Shown here one piece after another: positions 29,635-40,000 of a DNA stretch of 64,000 nt (position 1 is its first letter; each line of letters opens with the position of its first letter). The translations under genes and the position numbers were made by a program. Under the pieces are notes generated by a model. It saw only the letters and a list, made by a program, of their open reading frames with translations. It made no database searches and was not told where the DNA came from. Source of the DNA: an uncultured Candidatus Saccharibacteria bacterium (GTDB lineage Bacteria; Patescibacteriota; Saccharimonadia; CAILAD01; GCA-016700035); contig CAZOVH010000001.1 of assembly GCA_964583675.1 (NCBI GenBank), positions 81,754-145,753 of the forward strand, given 5' to 3'.

Positions 29635-30486
29635 ATGACAACTGTCAGCATGGAAAAGTTCCTCACCAGCTACCCCACACGACAAGAAGCGCTCGACACG
29701 CTCGGTCTCGGTGACCTATTCGAATTCATCGATGCCGTCGACGTACATGAGGACTCATCGGCCGCCGACAAACTGGCCGAGACAGCTACGCTCGCAAAGA
29801 GTGAGCATGGCATCCGAGACATGTGGGCCTGGCTACAGCGAAACTTCGGCCTGTCACACAGCCGTGTCAACCAGATCATCACACGCCAGCCGGTCGTACA
29901 TCTGCAACATCACCTACGGCATGCCACGTCGCCGAGTCTGCGTCCGGGCTACCGCTTCAACCAGCTGTGCTACGCCTGGAGCATCTTGCACGATGTGCCC
30001 GAAGGATTCTTGTACGGCGACAACTTCCAGATGATGCGCGAGCGCTTCGACTCGACACTCCAGCAATACCTGGAAGATGCCGTGACCCCCGAGCTGTTCT
30101 GGCTGTGCTTCCACGCCAGCCAGGATGAGCTTCTGCATGACATGCTGCGCAAGCAAGCGGCTGTTCATGCCAGGCGTGTTCTCGAAGAATACACGGAGTC
30201 ACTAGAGGAACTCTGGCTTCTTGATCCGCTACAGCACGAACCCACCTCCATCTGGGACCACACCCTTGAGGACGCAGACACACCGGCAGAAGACGTCGAC
30301 GACAGCCCTGATGCAAGCAACGATCTGGAAGCACTCGACGTCGCACTGACTGAAGGTCCGTTCGATGATGAAGATGACTCCACCAATGGTGGGCCGATCA
30401 GTGCCGAAGCCATGGACGATGAAGACGCCTTCGAAGTGTCGATTCGCAAGCATTACGGCAAGCAAGCCGCTGACCTGCTCTTTTAG
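29635..30486 (+). CDS. hypothetical acidic protein (283 aa), high-GC
   Basis: Asp/Glu-rich C-terminus and a conserved-style terminator downstream. Confidence 0.45.
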   Translation: MTTVSMEKFLTSYPTRQEALDTLGLGDLFEFIDAVDVHEDSSAADKLAETATLAKSEHGIRDMWAWLQRNFGLSHSRVNQIITRQPVVHLQHHLRHATSPSLRPGYRFNQLCYAWSILHDVPEGFLYGDNFQMMRERFDSTLQQYLEDAVTPELFWLCFHASQDELLHDMLRKQAAVHARRVLEEYTESLEELWLLDPLQHEPTSIWDHTLEDADTPAEDVDDSPDASNDLEALDVALTEGPFDDEDDSTNGGPISAEAMDDEDAFEVSIRKHYGKQAADLLF

Positions 30487-30494
30487 AGCACCCA

Positions 30495-30525
30495 CCCCGA
30501 CTTTCCCTGGTCGGGGTATTTCTTT
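30495..30525 (+). terminator. intrinsic terminator (ccccgac-tttccctg-gtcgggg + TATTTCTTT)
   Basis: Stem plus a T-run. Motif CACCCACCCCGA...TCGGGGTATTT..TTACTAA shared with 20674..20702. Confidence 0.55.
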
Positions 30526-30586
30526 ACTAATACCTAATTAAGTTATATAATTTACCTGTTATAGCACCCTATCCGAAACGAGCAAT

Positions 30587-31078
30587 ATGTCCACCGACGA
30601 CATTCGCTTCCGCCCCATTCGTTGCGGGGCTGGTCACACTCACTCCGTATTCGAACACAGCCGCGCAATTCAGCAGGCCGTTTTCGTGGAAGAGCAAGAC
30701 GTTCGTCCCGAAAAGGTGTTCGAGCACCAGCACGAAGCCACGCATTACGTCTGCTACATTCTTACAGATGACACCTGGCTGCCGGTTGCTTGCGCCAGAG
30801 TCCGGCAGTTCCAGGCCGATCGGTCCATCAAGATCGAGCGTGTTGCCACCCTCAAGGAATTCCGAGGCAACAAGTACGCACACCGACTCCTGGAGTACAT
30901 CATCCAGGAGCAGGGCGAGCGCTACCAGCCGCCGTTCTTCTTTCTGAACTCCCAAGAAGCAGCTGTCGGACTGTACTTGACGCTGAATTTTGCGTCCAAG
31001 GGTGACATCTTCAACGAAGAGGGTATCCGTCACGTTCGCATGGAGCTCGAATGGCCGCTTGCCACAGCCGCAGCCTAG
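30587..31078 (+). CDS. GNAT family N-acetyltransferase
   Basis: 163 aa with an acetyl-CoA binding motif region (FRGNKYAHRLLEY). Confidence 0.55.
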   Translation: MSTDDIRFRPIRCGAGHTHSVFEHSRAIQQAVFVEEQDVRPEKVFEHQHEATHYVCYILTDDTWLPVACARVRQFQADRSIKIERVATLKEFRGNKYAHRLLEYIIQEQGERYQPPFFFLNSQEAAVGLYLTLNFASKGDIFNEEGIRHVRMELEWPLATAAA

Positions 31079-31110
31079 CCCCCTACCCTCGCCTCGCGCG
31101 AGGGTCTTTT

Positions 31111-32073
31111 TTACTCCAGCCCGCGCAACCTACGATACACCTGGTAAGCTCGATACTTCGTCTTTTTAATAGGAATATCCCACGTGCCGAAAGTGGTCAC
31201 GCGCTCACCGCCAAAACCTTTTTTAAACGCGGTAATCCCTGCCCATTTATGGTCAGCAGAATCATCTGGCGCAGCGCCCCAAAAATCAAACTTCGTCAGT
31301 CCCGCAACTTTAGCATCTGCAATCATCTTCCAGACTGCCGAGACAGCTACTTTGTATTCACGATTCAAAGCCTGATCATTACCAGTATGCGCATACGAGC
31401 GCGTATCGCCCCAGTCGTACACCAGACTGACGCTGGCTACTTTTCCGGCCACGCTAGAGACATAAAAGCTCGCAACACCTTTACCGATGAGTGTTTCCGC
31501 GAGATGGCGGTAATAACTATCCGGATAATTCGTGATATGGGCGTGTGCAGCAGTGTCAGCCATAAGCCGCAAAAAATCATTCATAGGTGACATATCTTGC
31601 ACCTGTCGAATAACGATACCGCGTTTTTCGGTAGTGTTTACGCGGTTGCGATGGCCAGATTGCAAGCCGCGTCGCAAATCTTCTTCCGGCTGGGAAATAT
31701 CCAAAACAAATGTATGCTGAGGATCTACCTCGGTGATCTTGCGCGCACCCGCAGCTCGCAAATCGGCTTCCGTAACAGCGCCAATCGGCTCCAGGCGAAC
31801 AAAATCTACCTCCTGCTCCTCGGCCGAAAAAACAATCGAGCGCAGTGCCTCTGCGGCGTTCTTCTGCACCACTGGGCCATAGGGCAAAATAAGATAACGC
31901 AAGCCCTTTGAGCTACGCATAAAGCCTTGCCAAGCCCACCCACCTGCTGAACTAGCCCGCACGGCTTCGCGGCCAACAATCTCCTGAAATTCTGCCCAGG
32001 CGGTACTTTGTAAAATGCCACCGCCTAACTGCGCAATCTGCGTATCCCAAACGGTTGGCTCAAAGTTAGTCAT
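31111..32073 (-). CDS. FemAB-family protein (second paralog)
   Basis: ATG at 32073 (MTNFEPTVWD...). A TTG at 32103 is an alternative start. FemAB-like. Confidence 0.55.
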   Translation of the reverse strand: MTNFEPTVWDTQIAQLGGGILQSTAWAEFQEIVGREAVRASSAGGWAWQGFMRSSKGLRYLILPYGPVVQKNAAEALRSIVFSAEEQEVDFVRLEPIGAVTEADLRAAGARKITEVDPQHTFVLDISQPEEDLRRGLQSGHRNRVNTTEKRGIVIRQVQDMSPMNDFLRLMADTAAHAHITNYPDSYYRHLAETLIGKGVASFYVSSVAGKVASVSLVYDWGDTRSYAHTGNDQALNREYKVAVSAVWKMIADAKVAGLTKFDFWGAAPDDSADHKWAGITAFKKGFGGERVTTFGTWDIPIKKTKYRAYQVYRRLRGLE

Positions 32074-32173
32074 AGTTTTATTGTATACCAAAGTATAGTC
32101 CAACTTATATTGCTAAATTAGTAAAAAAATTGTATGATATAGCAATTCTTGCACCTCAAAGAAAGGCTTCACC

Positions 32174-32461
32174 ATGGGTGGACTCAGTCCCAACCTCACT
32201 CTCGAGGGCGATGCGCCCAACATCTACCACACCGATGGGAGAGGCAGGCCGCTTGATGTCAGCGGAACAGCTGATGTGCCACAACCAATCCCCGGCCGTT
32301 ACGACCCCTACAACGACAGGTTCGACCCTGAGGTCTTCGACACAAGCATGGTGGTAGCTCTGACGCTCGCCAGCATCGCGCTGGTCGTCGGCATCATCGG
32401 CGCCATCGTGACCGTGCCGATCACCATCGTGCGTCGCCTCCGTCGGAGGAAGTCATCATGA
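32174..32461 (+). CDS. hypothetical C-terminally anchored membrane protein (95 aa), high-GC
   Basis: Pro/Asp-rich N-terminus and a single C-terminal TM followed by RRLRRRKSS. Confidence 0.35.
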   Translation: MGGLSPNLTLEGDAPNIYHTDGRGRPLDVSGTADVPQPIPGRYDPYNDRFDPEVFDTSMVVALTLASIALVVGIIGAIVTVPITIVRRLRRRKSS

Positions 32462-32510
32462 TCAACCGGCGCTGGATCGCTGAGTAACCGTAAAACCCCA
32501 CCCTCCCCAA

Positions 32511-33119
32511 TCAGGAGAGTGGGGCATTTTTATGCCGCGAGTGCAGCATGGCTTGAAAGTTCGCAACCGACATTCGGAGTGCGAGCGAAGTACGTGGCAG
32601 TCCATTGAGTGGCGGTCGCACCCGGTGTCGAATGCGCGGATCACTGGCTCGATCCGGCTCACATCCCAATAGCACCATCGCACTCCCAGCCGAAACTCGC
32701 CAAGACACGATCCGTCCATGCAGCTCAACATCAATCACCGACTCACCTGCCAGCGTATAGACCACCACCAAGTAGACATCTTGCTTATAATCTCGGTGCC
32801 AGCCAATCATGTCCCAAGGCTTGATGTAGCGCTGCATCGCTACATCATTCACTCGCCATTCGCGCAGCCACGCTGGACCACCGCGCGCATGAATGGTGCG
32901 CGCAACAGATTCGGTACGCTCAACCAGCCACTCCAAGGCACTTGGCAGCGGCTCTGCAAAATGATGAGTCGTAAAGGACTGATACACGCCGCTCGGCCGT
33001 GGTCGATGGACCTCAGCCTCATCGCAGAACTGCAATAGTTCTGCGCACGTCGCTGCGGTGAGAATACCTGGATACACAACGCATCCCTGCAGCATTGCTG
33101 TGAGAATGGCCGAATACAT
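32511..33119 (-). CDS. putative Fe(II)/2-oxoglutarate-dependent oxygenase-like protein, high-GC
   Basis: H-x-D...H...R-x-S spacing (WHRDYKQD ... HG ... RHRV). ATG at 33119 with SD GGGAG. In-frame extension to 33179 is possible. Confidence 0.35.
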   Translation of the reverse strand: MYSAILTAMLQGCVVYPGILTAATCAELLQFCDEAEVHRPRPSGVYQSFTTHHFAEPLPSALEWLVERTESVARTIHARGGPAWLREWRVNDVAMQRYIKPWDMIGWHRDYKQDVYLVVVYTLAGESVIDVELHGRIVSWRVSAGSAMVLLGCEPDRASDPRIRHRVRPPLNGLPRTSLALRMSVANFQAMLHSRHKNAPLS

Positions 33120-33129
33120 GTGCTCCCAA

Positions 33130-33384
33130 TCAATCTCCAGTTGCTGCATCGTCGCTCTCCTCTCTAAGAAAGCTCCCAAATAGCTGACGATCTTTCACAT
33201 CGTGACACCGCTCGTGCGCCAAGTAGTTTATGCTCTGCTCTCCATTGCGGAACAAAACAGTCGCAACTGCGCGCTGACGCTGCTGCACCAAGTGACAGCA
33301 ATGCTCACAAACATGATGATGTGCCAACGGAAATGGGCACAGCCATTCGCCTCGAAAATCGTGACCGACAAGACACAACGCCAT
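33130..33384 (-). CDS. small Cys/His-rich protein (84 aa), high-GC
   Basis: HHHVCEHCCH cluster. The stop is 10 nt before the start of the 32511..33119 gene. Confidence 0.35.
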   Translation of the reverse strand: MALCLVGHDFRGEWLCPFPLAHHHVCEHCCHLVQQRQRAVATVLFRNGEQSINYLAHERCHDVKDRQLFGSFLREESDDAATGD

Positions 33385-33624
33385 TGTTGCCTCCCTTTTT
33401 GTAGGTACACCCGGAACAAAGAACTGCCCGGGCGGGCAGTTTTCTTGGGTTTACTTTGGTGAGTTCAGTACTTTCAAAAACGCTGGCCGCTCGGTCAGTT
33501 TAGGCTATAGTCCATCATGGACGACCAGGTTGTGTGGCGCTTTGAAAGTAACATTACTTTTATGATACCAAAGCGAACAGAAAAAGAAAACCGCACCCGA
33601 ATAATCGGATGCGGGGAGCTCTAC

Positions 33625-34065
33625 TCAGCAAAACTGAGCCGGATTAAGGGCAGCAAGAACAATTCGTGCCTGGCGGCCTGAGGCTATCACGGTGGTTCGA
33701 GTCGGCAAGCGCGCATGCGAGATAGGCGTAAAGGCCACCTGCCCAACATGCAGACGAGATGCACACACACCACCTCTAACCTGCGTCTGAATATCCGCAA
33801 CTCCAGACACAACCAAAACTGCATGATGACCAAGAAAGTGCTGCGGCAGTACGAGCTCGCCTCCACTCTCCAGGGTGAATTCTTCTACAAAGTTAAAGTC
33901 ATGCCGGCAAAGAGGCTGTTCGCGAAGCAACCTCTCGGGGCGAGAGGCAACAGCTTGCAAGCGCATAGGCGACATCGTGACTTTCTCCACGACATGCAAA
34001 GAGTCGACAGCGGCCGCAAAGACCTTTGGCTCTCGGTTTTGAACAAATCCAGGTGTACGAGTCAT
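33625..34065 (-). CDS. cupin domain protein
   Basis: GGELVLPQHFLGHHAVLVVSG, a cupin motif with the H-x-H...E...H pattern. Confidence 0.5.
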   Translation of the reverse strand: MTRTPGFVQNREPKVFAAAVDSLHVVEKVTMSPMRLQAVASRPERLLREQPLCRHDFNFVEEFTLESGGELVLPQHFLGHHAVLVVSGVADIQTQVRGGVCASRLHVGQVAFTPISHARLPTRTTVIASGRQARIVLAALNPAQFC

Positions 34066-34254
34066 TACTACTCCAATGATAAAGGTACGAGGGGACGCTC
34101 AGAGAAGATCAAAAAAGACCGCCTGAGCGGTCAATTTTGCAAGTTTCTAGTCGCTAGTTAGCGCAAACCTGGCCGCTCGTGCCGTCGAGTGCCATAAAAA
34201 TACCAAGTGTTTGCGTTGCGTAATTGCATGATGGCCTGTATTATTCCATAGATT

Positions 34255-35325
34255 ATGACTACTGACAAGCAAATTCGAACCATTCTCTCCATCGAGTCAA
34301 GCTGCGATGAGACAGCCTGCGCGATTATTCGCAACGGTCGCGAGGTTTTAGCAAACGTAATTGCTAGCCAAGCCGACTTACACGCTCAGTTTGGCGGCGT
34401 GGTGCCAGAAGTCGCGGCGCGCAGTCACATCGAAGTGGTAATTCCGGTCATTGAAGAAGCGTTGCAAGACGCCAATCTGAGCTGGGACGACATCGATGCA
34501 ATTGCCGTTACTCGTGGCCCCGGCCTAATTGGGTCACTGCTTATTGGGGTGTTGACTGCCCAAGTAATCGCCACAGAAAAAAATAAGCCCCTGATTGGCG
34601 TAAACCACATCTTAGCGCACGCCTACGCTAGCTTTTTAACCGAGGGTGAGCAACCAACATTCCCAATGCTGGCGCTGATTGTTTCCGGCGGAGACTCCCG
34701 GCTTATGTTGTTCCGCGAAGACCTCACGTTCGAACTTATCGGCCAGACCCGCGATGATGCTGCTGGTGAAGCTTTTGATAAGGTAGCCAAGCTCCTTGGT
34801 CTCCCTTACCCTGGTGGCCCGAATATCTCTCGAGTAGCAGAAGTAGGCAATGACCAAGCCTATAACTTCCCCATTGCCAAGATGGGTGACAGCTACGATT
34901 TTAGCTTTTCTGGCCTCAAAACCGCCGTCTTGCGACAGGTTCAGCAGATTGTCGGCGATAAGCCTGGCCTGGCTGACCTAAAAAAGACCTATCAGCTGCC
35001 CGCAGAAACCGTTGCGGACATCGCAGCATCGTTTGAGCGCACTGTAGTAGAAACGCTCGTGAGAGGGCTTGTACGTGCGTATAACGCCTACGCTCCGGCA
35101 AGCGTGGTGGTTGGCGGTGGCGTGAGCGCCAATAAACGGTTACGAGAGGAAATTGTGGCTAAAATTCCAGAAGCTCGCGTAGTGCCACCAGTGTTCTGCA
35201 CCGATAACGCCGCTATGATTGGGGCGTTGGCATATCAGATGGCTCAACAAGATTCTGGGGTTCTGTCGCCGGGGGGACTGATTGAGGCCGAACTGGTGGC
35301 TGACTCGAGCTTGGAAGTTTTGTAG
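34255..35325 (+). CDS. tsaD: tRNA N6-adenosine threonylcarbamoyltransferase
   Basis: 356 aa. Kae1/TsaD motifs SIESSCDETACAI and HxxxH metal site context. Confidence 0.9.
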   Translation: MTTDKQIRTILSIESSCDETACAIIRNGREVLANVIASQADLHAQFGGVVPEVAARSHIEVVIPVIEEALQDANLSWDDIDAIAVTRGPGLIGSLLIGVLTAQVIATEKNKPLIGVNHILAHAYASFLTEGEQPTFPMLALIVSGGDSRLMLFREDLTFELIGQTRDDAAGEAFDKVAKLLGLPYPGGPNISRVAEVGNDQAYNFPIAKMGDSYDFSFSGLKTAVLRQVQQIVGDKPGLADLKKTYQLPAETVADIAASFERTVVETLVRGLVRAYNAYAPASVVVGGGVSANKRLREEIVAKIPEARVVPPVFCTDNAAMIGALAYQMAQQDSGVLSPGGLIEAELVADSSLEVL

Positions 35326-35773
35326 ACCCAGGCTTGAGATAGGCGCCCTGGATAGCCCAGATAACAATCATCACTCCTGGTACACTTCCTAGAGCAAATA
35401 CACGAACCCACGAAGATTGAAAATAGCCAAAAGATACCAGGCAGATAAAAAGTACTGCAAAAGCAGTTAACACCATATAGACTCTATTCTGCTTTTCATC
35501 AAATCCGTCATTTTGATCAACTAGTTTTAGAGTTACCAACACCGAAATCACCACACTTATAAGAGCGGGGGCCAAAACAGCCAGACCCAGTCCTAGATAA
35601 AATATGGTGTTAAATAAATAAATACCCGAAAAGCCAGGCAGAGGTGTTCCTGCCGGTACTCCCACCTGAATGATAGCTATGGTCCATAGGGAACTAAAGA
35701 ACAATCCATAAAGCGAGACGAACCAAGTAAAAGCTATGGAAAATGCACGTCTAAAGTCAAGTCGCATGTGCAT
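35213..35773 (-). CDS. polytopic membrane protein (about 186 aa)
   Basis: Four hydrophobic helices. The Pro/Ser-rich C-terminal tail overlaps the 3' end of tsaD by 112 nt (convergent). Confidence 0.4.
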   Translation of the reverse strand: MHMRLDFRRAFSIAFTWFVSLYGLFFSSLWTIAIIQVGVPAGTPLPGFSGIYLFNTIFYLGLGLAVLAPALISVVISVLVTLKLVDQNDGFDEKQNRVYMVLTAFAVLFICLVSFGYFQSSWVRVFALGSVPGVMIVIWAIQGAYLKPGSTKLPSSSQPPVRPQSVPPATEPQNLVEPSDMPTPQS

Positions 35774-35832
35774 ATAGTACCACCGCTTAGCATAACTAGC
35801 ATCTACACCAGATAATTGATAGGCTGTAAAGT

Positions 35833-38208
35833 ATGGAAAAAGCCTACGAGCCCTCAAAATATGAAGCTAAAATTCGTGAAATTTGGCAACAATCTGACAG
35901 CTTTGCGCTAAATAGCAACTCCCCTTCTCCAGACGCAAAACCGTTTACCATCATTATGCCACCGCCAAACGCCAACGGCTCACTGCACGCTGGCCACTTG
36001 ATGTACGTAGTGGAAGATATCATGACCAGGTACGCACGCATGCAAGGCCGCCCTACTCTCTGGCAGCCAGGAACAGATCACGCCGGCATCGAAACGCAAT
36101 TCGTATACGAAAAAGAGCTCGCTAAAACCGGCAAATCTCGCCACGACCTCGGCCAAGAAAAATTTTACTCAGAAGTGTGGGATTTTGTAGAAAACCATAA
36201 AGGTACCATGATTTCTCAGATGCAGTCGATGGGCTTTTCTGCAGATTGGGACAAGCTAAAATACACGCTTGATAGCGACATCGTTGACGTAGTTTTGGAT
36301 ACATTTAAGCAGCTACACGATGACGGCCATATCTACCGTGGTAACCGCATCGTAAATTGGGACCCAGTCACTCAATCGGCTTATGCAGATATCGAACTCA
36401 AGTACGTTGAGCGCGAAGATGAAATATACACCTTAGATTACGGCACCGTTCAGATAGCTACCACCCGACCAGAAACCATCTTTGCGGACGTTGCGATTGC
36501 CGTAAATCCAGAAGACAAACGCTTCGCAAGCCTTGATGATGCAATAGCTACAATTCCACTTATTGACCGTCCTATTCCTGTAATTGCCGATGCTCATGTC
36601 GATCCAGAATTTGGTACTGGCGCACTTAAAGTCACTCCTGGACACGACAAGAACGACTACGAGATTGGTCTCCGCCACAACCTCCCTCAGCTCACGGTTA
36701 TCGACTTTGAGGGAAAGATGATTAACGTACCTGAAAAGTACGCGGGGCTCACCGTAGACAAAGCTCGCACAGCCGTTGTGGCCGATCTAGAAGCCGCCGG
36801 CAAACTCGTACGTCGTGAGAAGATCACTCACTCTGTTGCCATTCAAGACCGATCCGGAGCTGTTATTGAACCACTCATTACCGAGCAGTGGTTTATGCGC
36901 ATGGCCGAGCTAAATCGACCCGTTATCGAAGCCATCGAAAACGAGCACATCAAAATCTATCCAAAGCGCTTCAAAAAAATCGCTTTAGAGTGGCTCAAAA
37001 ATGAGCATGACTGGTGTATTTCCCGCCAAATCTGGTGGGGTATCCGTATTCCGGTGTACTACAAGACAAGCCATGATGCGGATAAAAAGCCTTACATCAT
37101 CGCAAAATCCGAAGACGAAGCGCTCGAATACTACGGCACTGGCAACTATCGAGCCGAAACTGACACATTTGACACCTGGTTTTCATCTGGGCAATGGCCA
37201 TATGCCACACTTATGACAAGCCTAGGAGATGACTGGCAAAACCACTACCCTACTACCGTAATGGCAACCGCCCGCGACATTCTTCACAAATGGGTAACGC
37301 GCATGACGATGTTCTCACTCTACAAAACTGGCAAAGTACCATTCGAGAACGTCTACCTATGGGGCATGGTAACCGACGAAAAAGGTCAGAAACTCTCTAA
37401 ATCTAAGGGCAACTATGGCGACCCAATGGAAATCACAGCCCAATACGGCACCGACGCGCTGCGTCTTGCCCTATCTATTGGCATTACACCTGGTAATGAC
37501 GGCAAACTCTCCGAAGAAAAAATCAAAGGTTACCGTAATTTTTGTAACAAACTGTGGAACGTAGCTCGGTTTACCACTACCCGTCTAAGTACAGACTACA
37601 CACCTAAACGGCCGGAACTACTCTCCCCTGCTGACCACTGGATTATTGAAAAGACCAACGTAGCCATCAAGGACGTTTCTCGTCATCTCGATAACTACCG
37701 CTTTTCTGAGGCAGGTGAAGCGGTCTACCACCTGCTCTGGAGTGAGCTTGCCGATTGCTACATAGAATATTCAAAACAATCACTCAATCCTGAGGTACTC
37801 GCCCATGTTCTGGATACCGTACTCAGGCTTGCTCACCCATTCGCCCCCTTTGTAACAGAAGCGATCTGGCAGGAACTCCCCTGGACAGAAACAAATCTAA
37901 TTACCGAACATTGGCCGAAACTAATTATACACACAAATAACGAACAAGCCAAGAAGTTTGACATAGAAATTGCTGCAATTATTGCTCAAAAACAAGCCGA
38001 TTCAGATCAAGTGCTCCGCGTGAAACTTGAAAAAGAGCTCCAACTCAAAATGCAGCACATCGAAATCATTCAAAAGAAGCTCGAAAACGAGAATTTTGTG
38101 GCCAATGCGCCCGAGTCAGTAGTAGAGTCGGAACGTGCTAGACTTAAAGAAGCACAAGCCGCCTATGAAGAACTCCAAACCGCTCTCATTCAAATCCGAC
38201 AAGCCTAA
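35833..38208 (+). CDS. valS: valine--tRNA ligase
   Basis: 791 aa. HIGH (LHAGHLM), KMSKS (KLSKSKG) and the GTDHAGIETQ editing-domain entry, which is ValS-like. Confidence 0.9.
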   Translation: MEKAYEPSKYEAKIREIWQQSDSFALNSNSPSPDAKPFTIIMPPPNANGSLHAGHLMYVVEDIMTRYARMQGRPTLWQPGTDHAGIETQFVYEKELAKTGKSRHDLGQEKFYSEVWDFVENHKGTMISQMQSMGFSADWDKLKYTLDSDIVDVVLDTFKQLHDDGHIYRGNRIVNWDPVTQSAYADIELKYVEREDEIYTLDYGTVQIATTRPETIFADVAIAVNPEDKRFASLDDAIATIPLIDRPIPVIADAHVDPEFGTGALKVTPGHDKNDYEIGLRHNLPQLTVIDFEGKMINVPEKYAGLTVDKARTAVVADLEAAGKLVRREKITHSVAIQDRSGAVIEPLITEQWFMRMAELNRPVIEAIENEHIKIYPKRFKKIALEWLKNEHDWCISRQIWWGIRIPVYYKTSHDADKKPYIIAKSEDEALEYYGTGNYRAETDTFDTWFSSGQWPYATLMTSLGDDWQNHYPTTVMATARDILHKWVTRMTMFSLYKTGKVPFENVYLWGMVTDEKGQKLSKSKGNYGDPMEITAQYGTDALRLALSIGITPGNDGKLSEEKIKGYRNFCNKLWNVARFTTTRLSTDYTPKRPELLSPADHWIIEKTNVAIKDVSRHLDNYRFSEAGEAVYHLLWSELADCYIEYSKQSLNPEVLAHVLDTVLRLAHPFAPFVTEAIWQELPWTETNLITEHWPKLIIHTNNEQAKKFDIEIAAIIAQKQADSDQVLRVKLEKELQLKMQHIEIIQKKLENENFVANAPESVVESERARLKEAQAAYEELQTALIQIRQA

Positions 38209-38929
38209 GCGCCCAAAACGTCTCAAATATATCGTTGGGGGAGTGCTTTTGCTGTGTCTTGTTTCATTCATTTTTGGACGAGAGGCTGCAGCCAGCCAAA
38301 TGGCAAAAGCATCACAAACACTGCCACAAACTGAACGTGAGCAATACCTCCTAAATCTATCAGCGGCTAGTCTTAGAACAGACTCAGCCCAGCTGGCGCT
38401 CGCAGAGTTTTACCTTGCACAGCAGAACTACGCCAAAGCTGCTCAGGCTTACCACGATGGATCCACCAGTCTACGTGATGAAGCTGCTGCAAACTATACT
38501 GAAGCAGGGAAGTACGACAAGGCTATCGTACTGTACAAAAATCTCTCTAAAAACGGTTCGAATACGAACTATACGTATCTATTGGCTCGTAGTTATATAA
38601 ATGCAGAAGATATCAAGAAGGGGTGTGAGTTAAAAGACAAACTGGGGGAGAGTGAGGAAGCGAAAAAGCTACAGCAACTGTGTGATTTTTCTGAAAAGAA
38701 AGACATTTCTCGCAAAGATATGTATGAACTTTCAAGCCTAGGCGCTGACACTCTGGTGGAGAAGACCCTTGCCAAGAGAACTCAAAAAACCGCCGAGGAT
38801 TGGCTTCTTCAAGTCCGCATTTACCAAAAGAGGGGAGAGCTGGATCGCGCCAAACAAACGCTAGAAGCAGCCTTACAGCAACTTCCCTACGACGTACAGC
38901 TCCAAGACGCCCAAAAAGCTCTCAACTAG
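38135..38929 (+). CDS. membrane-anchored TPR-like repeat protein (start uncertain)
   Basis: The track ORF overlaps the valS 3' end by 73 nt. A TM anchor is followed by helical repeats. The true start may be an internal GTG/TTG after 38208. Confidence 0.4.
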   Translation: MLDLKKHKPPMKNSKPLSFKSDKPKRPKRLKYIVGGVLLLCLVSFIFGREAAASQMAKASQTLPQTEREQYLLNLSAASLRTDSAQLALAEFYLAQQNYAKAAQAYHDGSTSLRDEAAANYTEAGKYDKAIVLYKNLSKNGSNTNYTYLLARSYINAEDIKKGCELKDKLGESEEAKKLQQLCDFSEKKDISRKDMYELSSLGADTLVEKTLAKRTQKTAEDWLLQVRIYQKRGELDRAKQTLEAALQQLPYDVQLQDAQKALN

Positions 38930-39039
38930 GCGCCATGTGAAACGCACTTGTTTCACAATATTCTTATGCTATTCGTACTACTTTCGCTTATTGAGATAGT
39001 TTTTAACTACCGTACATAGAAATTTTTGCAACAATCCCG

Positions 39040-39045
39040 TATAAT
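39040..39045 (+). promoter_or_regulatory. -10 box TATAAT (cgtataatc motif) upstream of tRNA-Ser(GCT)
   Basis: 20 nt upstream of the tRNA 5' end. The same nonamer recurs at 39971-39979 and 15538-15546. Confidence 0.3.
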
Positions 39046-39064
39046 CTTCATCTGTAGCACCTAT

Positions 39065-39157
39065 GGAGAGGTACCCAAGTGGCTGAAGGGGCTGGTTTGC
39101 TAAACCGGTAGGTCGGGGAAACCTGGCGCGAGGGTTCGAATCCCTCCCTCTCCGCCA
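39065..39157 (+). tRNA. tRNA-Ser (anticodon GCT)
   Basis: GGAGAGGTACCCAAGTGG... with anticodon loop TTGCTAA, a long variable arm, GGTTCGAATCC and CCA encoded. Confidence 0.85.
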
Positions 39158-39184
39158 TGATGAACAGATACGTGTCTGCTGATC

Positions 39185-39529
39185 ATGGCGAAACAGATTA
39201 CTACTCTAGAAGATCTTGCTGGTTTTATCGATACCCAATTTGAGCACTTAACCAGCCTGTTTCCAGATGTATATTCACATCACGAGATGTTAGCATACGC
39301 AGCTCTAGCGAAACTTACCGAGGAAACTGGCGAACTATCCGAAGCTGTACTCTCCGAATTCCAGCGACAACGCAAAACCAAATCCCACAAGACCACCTCC
39401 ATCGAGAAAGAAGCTGCAGATGTAATTGTTGTGGCACTTCTTATAGCCCATCAGTTTAATATTGATATCCCGAAAATGCTCCAAGCAAAAATAGAGTATT
39501 TAGAAAATCGCCGGTCAACCGACGCATGA
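39185..39529 (+). CDS. MazG-like nucleotide pyrophosphohydrolase
   Basis: 114 aa. EExGELxEAV and EAADVIVVALLIA motifs of the all-alpha NTP-PPase. Confidence 0.55.
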   Translation: MAKQITTLEDLAGFIDTQFEHLTSLFPDVYSHHEMLAYAALAKLTEETGELSEAVLSEFQRQRKTKSHKTTSIEKEAADVIVVALLIAHQFNIDIPKMLQAKIEYLENRRSTDA

Positions 39530-39969
39530 ACTCACCCCTTGGGCCAATTCACCTGACCGTAAATGATGGTGCACTAATATCTCTCAGCTACTCCACCCAA
39601 CAAAGCGGCGATGGAACTGATGAGGCCGGGCAGCAGCTCCAGGAATATTTTTCTGGCAATCGAGTAAATTTCGACCTGCGAGTACGTCCAGAAGGAACAC
39701 TTTTTCAGAAACAGGTTTGGGAAGAGATGCAGAAAATTCCTTTTGGAGAAACAGTCACGTACGCTGAGCTCGCCAAAAGAGTAGGGCGTCCTGAAGCCTG
39801 GCGAGCAGTCGCCAATGCATGTGGCAAAAACCCGATTGTAATAGTGATTCCGTGTCACAGAGTAGTCGGCTCATACGGAAAACTCGGCGGTTATTCTGGT
39901 GGACTCGATAAAAAACAATGGCTCTTACAGCACGAAGCCTCTGTACTCTCGAGAATTTCTCGAAAATAA
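39526..39969 (+). CDS. ogt: methylated-DNA--protein-cysteine methyltransferase
   Basis: 147 aa with the active-site PCHRV motif. The 4-nt overlap with the upstream gene suggests translational coupling. Confidence 0.8.
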   Translation: MNSPLGPIHLTVNDGALISLSYSTQQSGDGTDEAGQQLQEYFSGNRVNFDLRVRPEGTLFQKQVWEEMQKIPFGETVTYAELAKRVGRPEAWRAVANACGKNPIVIVIPCHRVVGSYGKLGGYSGGLDKKQWLLQHEASVLSRISRK

Positions 39970-39971
39970 CG

Positions 39972-39977
39972 TATAAT
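39972..39977 (+). promoter_or_regulatory. -10 box TATAAT upstream of tRNA-Ser(TGA)
   Basis: cgtataatc motif 24 nt upstream of the tRNA start. Confidence 0.3.
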
Positions 39978-40000
39978 CTATGCGTTCCACTTAAAAACAC

